Source: Octopus sinensis (taxonomy: Eukaryota). Taken from it: 16,009 bases of DNA. A program made the translations under genes and the position numbers. The DNA lies in the NCBI RefSeq assembly GCF_006345805.1, contig NW_021825275.1:1-16009 (forward strand), given 5' to 3'. The notes under the pieces were generated by a model. It was given only the letters and a program-made list of their open reading frames with translations, made no database searches and was not told the DNA's origin. The stretch's first letter is position 1, and the number at the start of each line of letters is the position of its first letter. Below, piece after piece: positions 9,401 to 16,009 of this stretch.

Positions 9401-9954
9401 GCCCTGATGCAGTACCAGGCAGTGGCTCTCGTGGCTTCTGATCTTAACTGATTGGAAGTGTTATCATGTACATTGTTTTGTCTAGGCATAAATGATGGGC
9501 TACTGCAAATATTTTGCTGTATAACACAGATTTGCTTGTCAGTTGTTTGACCTTAACCAGTTGAGCAAGTCCCTTAGTGGCTGATGATATATGCATCTCT
9601 GATCACGAGCAGAAGTAGTGAGGGAGCATCATAGCCATGTGTTGAGAAGGATTCTTGGCGGTTTGGACAATTCACCTGTGGAAACATGGGTGGTTCGTTC
9701 AACATCCTTAAACAACCCTTATTCAGGGACCTTTTCGGCGGAACATGTTACTCGACCAGAAAAAAATTCTAACTGGACCCCACCTGCAAGGTCATGTGCT
9801 GTTTATCTTGATATGAGATCACCATGTTGTGCACATATGGTTGTGATGCATGTATCTGGTGTACCCTTATCAGATGGGTAGTCATGATTAGTATACTGGG
9901 CTTCGTATATTTTAGCCCAGTGTCACTTTGATGACATGCACTGCTCTCTCACTC
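9401..9954 (+). mobile_element. Element X, longest copy (~555 bp), flanked by (AAT)n on both sides
   Basis: Starts GCCCTGATGCAGTACCAGG and ends CTGCTCTCTCACTC + AATAAT. Two other copies in the window share the 3' end. No RT-like translation and no recognisable pol III A/B boxes. Strand inferred from the shared end and variable truncation. Confidence 0.85.
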
Positions 9955-9979
9955 AATAATGATGATGATGATTGAAATA

Positions 9980-10028
<49 letters not shown>

Positions 10029-10033
10029 TAATA

Positions 10034-10067
<34 letters not shown>
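9955..10067. repeat. (AAT)n/(GAT)n microsatellite
   Basis: Directly visible. Confidence 0.97.
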
Positions 10068-10686
10068 TTGTGGACAAAATGGTGAAACTGCATGGCATAT
10101 TACCAGTCAATGTACGCCACTAACCCAGAAAGAATATAAGAGACGTCATGACGATTGCCCATTGGACACTTTGCAACAAGTATGGACTTGACAATGGTAC
10201 GCACATAAACCCGAAGGCATCATCGAAAATGATGATGCAAAGATCCTATGGGATTTTAAAATCCAGTGTGACCATGAAATAGAGAATAGGAAACCAGACA
10301 TAGTGTTAATTGAGAAAGAAAGCAAACGATGCTGCATCACAGATATAGCTTGCCCATGTGACAATAAGGTATGCGATAAGAAATAAATAAAAGTCGATGG
10401 GTACAACAGGTTAGCTTGGGTGGTTAAGCAGTTGTGGTGCCTGAAAAAGGTGGTGGCAGTACCAATAATTGTCGAAGTCCTGGGAACAGTAAGTAAAATC
10501 TTGAGAAGTATATGGAACAAATAGGGGTTGCAATAAGAGTGGAACACTTGGAGAAAACGAGAAAACAGCACTACTTGGAACCGCTCGAATACTCCGGATG
10601 GTGCTAGAAAAATAAGGGGTGTTCACTGGTAGTGAACAGCTGGCACCGTAGTACATCTCCAATGTTAGAAGCTGGGCAAAGACAAT

Positions 10687-10687
<1 letters not shown>
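10065..10687 (+). mobile_element. 5'-truncated R4/Dong-clade element (C1): zinc knuckle, RHD, REL domain, stop, 3' UTR
   Basis: ICGQNGETAWHITSQC (10066), RRHD (10141), KILWDFKIQCDHEIENRKPDIV (10240-10305), ITDIACP, TALLGTARILRMVLEK* (stop 10613-10615). Confidence 0.93.

Positions 10688-10769
<82 letters not shown>
10688..10769. repeat. Perfect (AGT)n microsatellite
   Basis: Directly visible. Confidence 0.98.
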
Positions 10770-10784
10770 ACTTTTAATTATAAA

Positions 10785-11105
10785 GGCATGAAAAACTTCT
10801 CAATGGCAAATACCCTAAGAGAGCTGCTAGCGTCGATGTTGAGAAAGCCCTCACTCATCAATGGTTAGTGTCTTCTGGTTTAAAATGAGAAACAGAAGTG
10901 TTTACCATAGCAGCCCAAGATCAATGCCTACCTACAAGAAACTACCAGGCCATCATATTAAAGAACGGCAGTTACCCAACTATGTCAACAACAAAATGAA
11001 ACCATTGATCATATTGTCTGCATGTGCAGGGACTTGTGCCTTCGGAGTATCTCAACGGGCTGATAGAGCAGAACAATATATTCACAGGGTAATTTGCAAA
11101 AACCC
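10785..11105 (+). mobile_element. Internal R4/Dong fragment (C2): post-RT linker and degenerate zinc knuckle
   Basis: HEKLLNGKYPKR..THQWLVSSGLK*ETEVFTIAAQDQCLPTRNY..CQQQNETIDHIV..YIHRVICK, homologous to 12190-12500. Confidence 0.85.
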
Positions 11106-11192
11106 TTACCCCTACACCACCCCTGCTACTGTTGCTGTTGCTACAACAACTGCTGCTACTACACATAAAAATAGTAATATCAGTGATATCAG

Positions 11193-11222
11193 TGATGATG
11201 ATGATGATGATGATGATGATGA
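11193..11222. repeat. (GAT)n microsatellite preceded by low-complexity GCT/ACA runs
   Basis: Directly visible. Confidence 0.95.
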
Positions 11223-13045
11223 CAAACAGCTGGAAACACTATTAAAGACAGTTCATGGATTTACCAAAGAAATAGATATGAAATTTGGATTAGAAAAATG
11301 CGCCAAAGTAACCCTGAAAAGAGGAAAACTAGTTAAGAGTAGCAACATCACACTAGATAAAGCAAATGAAATAAGAGAATTAGACCAAAGCCAAACTTAC
11401 AAATATTTAAGAATTCATGAACTAGATAAGATACAACACACATAAATGAAAGAGAAAATAAAGAAAGAATACTATAGACGAGTTAGATCAATACTAAAAA
11501 CAGAGCTCAATGCTAAAAACAAGATAATATATAACACTTTAGCCGTCCCAGTTATAAGTTACATCTACAATATCCTTAACTGGACGTTAAATGAACTAGC
11601 CAAAATAGATAGGAAAACAAGAAAAATAATGACAGGAATCTAGGATGCATCATCACCAAATCTGACATAGAAAGGCTATATATACAACATACAGATGTGG
11701 TAAGGCCTTATAAAGCTGGAAAACTACTATAAAGTACCCACCATAGGACTTCAAAAATACCTACTTCAGAAGCAAGGAAAACTGATACAAATAGCGGCAA
11801 AACACGAGCAAAACAAAAAATTGTTCTCAGTATTCAAGGAAGCTGACAAATACAAACAAGAAATCATACCACTAACAATATGAAGAAGAAGAAGAAGAAG
11901 AAAAGAAGAAGAAGAAGAAGAAGAAGAAGAAGAAGAAGAGAAGAAGGAGAAGGAAAGAGAAGATGAAGAAGAAGGAGGAGAAGAAGAAGAAGAAGAAGAA
12001 GAAGAAGAAGAAGAAGATGAAGAAGGAGAAGAAGAAGAAGAAGAAGAAGAAGAAGAAGAAGAAGAAGAAGAAGAAGAAGAAGAAGAAGAAGAAGAAGAAG
12101 AAGAAGAAGAAGACACAACAAAAGCTATAAAGCAAATGAAATCAAAACTAAAACTAGAACAGCAACGGACCATGATAAAGCGATGGCAAGAAAAGCCCGT
12201 TCATGGCAAGTACTGGACTAAACTAAATGCAAAAGAAATAGACAAAGAAAAATCCCAGCAATGGTTGAGAAGCTCAGGACTCAAAGCAGAGACGGGTCGA
12301 TTTTTAATTGCAGCACAAGAAGACCAAAGCCTCCCAGAAATTACCAAAAACATGTAATGAAAAGAAATGTAACAAGTAACTGTAGAATATGAGATGGACA
12401 AGAAACAATAAATCATATTATCTCTGGCTGCCCAGTCCTGGCTAAGAAGGAATATATTCACAGACACGACAGATTTGGGACCTACATGCGCTGGAAGCTA
12501 TGCCAACATTATGGAATAACAACAGAAAAAAGATCGTATAGGCACACACCAGAAAAGGTCACAGAAAACGAGAAAACAACCATACTCTGGGATATACCAA
12601 TACACACAGATAGAGAAATTAAGGCCATATAGGCCAGATATAGTTGTCAGAGATCATGAAGGAAAAAAAATGCTTTCTAACTGATGTATCAATACAAGCA
12701 GATGACAACGTGTCTCTAAAAGAAATGGAGAAACTTTCAAAATACAAAGACCGGAAATAGAGGTAACCAGAATGTGGAATCTAAAATCAGAAACAATTCC
12801 TATCATAGTAGGTGCATTAGGCATGATAAAAAAAAATATTCAGACAAATACATAACAAAAACACCAGGACTTACAAACACATATAACATACAGAAAATTG
12901 CACTACTAGCACTGCACACATCCTACGCAGAACACTTTCAATACAGTAACCATCAGAGCATCACAACAAATCACAGCACATACCCAAGGCACACAGAGCT
13001 GCGCCCGGTAGTGAAGTGAAAGCACGTTATAAAATGAAACTACTG
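11218..13045 (+). mobile_element. 5'-truncated R4/Dong-clade element (C3): RT C-terminal part, thumb, zinc knuckle, REL domain, 3' UTR
   Basis: MKFGLEKC (11278), YKYL, KTELNAKNKI, KIDRKTRKIM, WLRSSGLKAET..LIAAQ, CRI*DGQETINHIISGC (12381), HRHD, ILWDIPIHTDREIK (12582), RPDIVV (12631), EKLSKYKD, IPIIVGALG. Stops and frameshifts throughout. Confidence 0.95.
11882..12113. repeat. (GAA)n polypurine tract inside element C3
   Basis: Directly visible; ~230 bp, nearly all purine on the + strand. Confidence 0.98.
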
Positions 13046-13104
13046 AATGATGATGATAATAATAATATTAATAATGATAATATAATAATAATATAATAAT
13101 AATG

Positions 13105-13187
<83 letters not shown>
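13046..13187. repeat. (GAT)/(AAT)n microsatellite
   Basis: Directly visible. Confidence 0.98.
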
Positions 13188-13189
<2 letters not shown>

Positions 13190-15787
13190 AAGGAAACGGG
13201 TGGAGCCTCCTCGTGGTCTGATTAATGATACATCTAGTGATGGTGTTACAACAAAAACACTGGTAATTGCGCATGATGGTGATAATGTTACACCCGGTAG
13301 GCTCATAGATTCTGGTCCGTTCCCAGCAATGTCGATATCCAGAAAGGGACCACAACACACGGCATAGATAGAGTAAGCAAATGAATACTGTTGTCATTGA
13401 GTGTTACAACCTGAGCAGCCCGGTAGATGAAAATGATGCTCAAATTAGGGGTTACCGACAATGTATGTATGGTCATTGGAGAGAAAAGTGATTGTTTCAA
13501 CTCACGGAACAGAGACTATAAGAAACAATTGTTGATTCAAAAAAGTGGAGCTCAAAGTTATCAAAATACGGGTCACGGAAAATAGAAGCATAGATAATGA
13601 AAATACAGTTCTTCCTAATAAGAGTAATCATATAGCACAGGAAAGGAGCAGTGGTAGTTTACTTCATGGGAGACATATAGATGATCTAAAAGAAGATAAT
13701 GAAACTAATGGCAACATGACAGATGAACAAAAGGCAATCTAGTACAGAATAAAGGCAAGACTACAGGAGAATGATAGCGACATTATTTGCAACCTTAAAA
13801 AGGTTGATCAATGGAAATTGAACAAAGAAACGAAAAATGTCAATGTTGTAGCAGGAAAAGTGGGTGTTGATGTCAAGAAAAAGAAACATAATAGGAGTGA
13901 CAAAAGAAAAGATCCATCGTGGTAAAGAAGAATCCAGGTAGAGTTAGACATGTCCTCGAAGGAAATCTCTGTGTTAGACCGAAAAAAGAAAGGGGAGCTT
14001 AAAAGCGAACAAAAATACAGGGCGCTGAAAAGAAAGTATAATATTGAAAGAAAGGGCCTGAAAGTGGTAATGAAAGAACTGAGACAGCGCCTCGTTGCAA
14101 AGAAGGCAAAGATGGTAAGATACGACCAAAGAATAAAGGGTTACCAGCAGAATAGGTTATTCAGAGTAGATCAGAAGAGATTCTATAAAGAAATAAATGG
14201 AGGGTGTACAGATGAAAATTTGCTACCATATAACATCGAAAGTCAAAGATTTTGGAGTGACATCTGGAGCAAAGACAAGGATCACAAGAAGGATGCTGAA
14301 TGGTTGCAAAAACTGAAACAAACAGTAGTCTGTCCAAAACAAGCAGACCTAGTCATTTCAGTTAGGGAAGTGAAGGAAATCAGCTAAAAATGAGCAACTG
14401 GAAGGCTCCGGAACGAGATGGAGTTCAAGGCTAATGGATCAAAAGATTTGGTGAATGTCATGTACGAATAGCTACGTAACTCAACATTTTGTTAAACGCC
14501 GACCAAGGAACACCAGAGTTGTCGACACTGGGTAGAACAGTGCTGTGCCTGAAAAACATCGAAAAAGGCAATACGGTAGACAATTTCAGGCCGATATCCT
14601 GTTGCCACTTATGTGGAAGTTATTGATTGGAATACTCGCAGAGTCAATGTACGAACATATGGAAAAAAAATAGTGCCCTGCCACATGAGCAGAAGGGTTG
14701 CAAGCGTAAGTACAGAGATACCAAAGATCAACTCCTGATACACAAAACTGTATTTAGGGACTACAAGAGGAAGAAAACTAACTTAGCCACGTCATGGATC
14801 GATTATCGTAAGGCTTACGATATGATCCCACATTCTTGGATTATGGAGTGTATGTACCTATTTAGTATAGCATCGAATGTTGAGTGATTGCTTGGAAAAG
14901 TATGGTGAATTGAAGGACGTATCTGACAGCATACGGAAGTTTAAGGACAGTAGAAATTAAGAGGGGCATCTTCCAAGGGGACTGGCTGTACCCACAGATC
15001 TGTGTACTGTGCTTGATACCACTAACACTGATTCTGAGGAAAGCAAAAGCCGCCAACAAAAAGGCCACCATTTGTTATTCATGGATGAGCTCAAACTTTA
15101 TGGTAAAGATGAGGCCAAGTCAGTTCCCTCGTTGATACGGTGTATACCTTCAGTGCTGATATCGGAATGGGGTTCGGACTGAGAAAGTGTGGTGTGTAAG
15201 TCTTGAAGAGAGGCAAAATCAAATGTAGGGACGGGCTAACGATACCGCCGGGGGAAATTATGAATCAGATAGAAGAGACGGGCAATAAGTACTTGGGGAT
15301 TTTGGAAATGGGTAAATTGATGGAGAAAGGAATGACAGAAAAAATTAACGTTGAGTATTTGCGCATACTCAGATTGATACTTAAGTCGAAATTAAACGGA
15401 CGGAATAAGATCGAAGCTATCAACACCTGAGCGGTTTCACTCCTTAGATATGGAGCAGGGGTAATCGCATGGACAGTAGACGAACTAAACAGCTTAGACA
15501 GAAAGACAAGGAAGTTGCTAACGAGAAACGGGTCACTCTACCCAAAAAAGTGACACAGAGAGACAGTATGTACCAAGAAAAAGAGGGGAAGAGGATTTCT
15601 TGGATGCGAACACAGCATTAGTGCAGAAGAAAACAACATAGCATAGTATGTTAAAAATACCACAGAACTGCTATTACTAGAAGTAAGAAGGTCAGGCTTG
15701 TGTAGGATGAAAGCGCTATACAAGAAATTGAAAACGAATGAAACTGAAAATAGGTGTGTAAAGAAAAAAATGTATGGTCAATTTCAT
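13188..15787 (+). mobile_element. Long R4/Dong-clade element (D): N-terminal Myb-like region + complete RT, 3' end missing; pseudogenised
   Basis: R*SKQMNTVVIECYNLS..RGYRQCMYGHW..TEQRL (~13365-13520, typical R4/Dong N-terminus), [53 protein letters not shown] (14795), IKRGIFQGD (14956), HLLFMDELKL (catalytic DD changed to DE), FGLRKC, KYLGI, KSKLNGRNKIEAINT, YVPRKRGGRG, MYGQF. Confidence 0.95.
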
Positions 15788-16009
15788 CCTTAAACAACCC
15801 TTATTCAGGGACCTTTTGAGCGGGATAGGTTACTCGACCAGAAGAAAATCCTAACTGGGCCCCACCTGCAAGTTCATGTGCTGCTTATCTTGATATGAGA
15901 TCACTATGTTGCGCACATATGGTTGTGATGCATGTGCCTAGTGTACCCATATCAGACGGGTAATCATTATGGATATATTGGGCTTCGTACATTTTAGCCC
16001 AGTGTCACT
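15785..16009 (+). mobile_element. Element X, third copy, 5'-truncated, runs off the window
   Basis: CATCCTTAAACAACCCTTATTCAGGGACC..TTTTAGCCCAGTGTCACT is colinear with 9703-9927. Confidence 0.9.

Noticed and set aside
9575-9625. Hammerhead ribozyme (retrozyme) in element X, from CTGATGA at 9581-9587
   Set aside because: No stem II closed by GAAA follows (GAAG instead), and I could not build stems I and III.
10861-11445. 194-aa ORF, the longest in the window, as a gene
   Set aside because: It is an accidental fusion of a partly off-frame Dong fragment, a (GAT)n tract and the RT tail of another Dong fragment.
8696-13187. CRISPR-like or prokaryotic RT system (repeats alternating with unique segments, RT nearby)
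   Set aside because: Repeats are variable-length microsatellites, the intervening segments are 0.3-1.8-kb retroelement pieces, and the RT motifs are eukaryotic non-LTR type.
13188-15787. Active, intact retrotransposon
   Set aside because: Numerous stops and frameshifts, catalytic FMDD changed to FMDE, and no endonuclease domain.

Overview
Eukaryotic, AT-rich, repeat-saturated non-coding DNA, most likely from a cephalopod (the SINEs look like abundant Octopus families as I remember them; not database-checked). I see no intact protein-coding gene, RNA gene or CRISPR array, and every long ORF in the track is a microsatellite artefact or a piece of a dead retrotransposon. Left part (1-6.3 kb): two diverged 3' fragments of an L1/Tx1-type LINE, a minus-strand R4/Dong-type endonuclease fragment, several tRNA-derived SINEs (two with target-site duplications) and a ~300-bp mosaic insertion copied in three pieces from a site 2.4 kb downstream. 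Right part (6.4-16 kb): a dense, mostly head-to-tail stack of decayed R4/Dong-clade (RT + REL endonuclease) non-LTR retrotransposons separated by (TAA)n/(TAG)n/(TGA)n microsatellites, plus three copies of a ~555-bp non-coding, non-tRNA element ('element X'). Two X copies sit in TAA repeats and form a ~1.4-kb palindrome; the third is fused directly to a Dong body. The best candidate for an under-described system is a microsatellite-targeting pair: autonomous Dong/R4 plus non-autonomous X.
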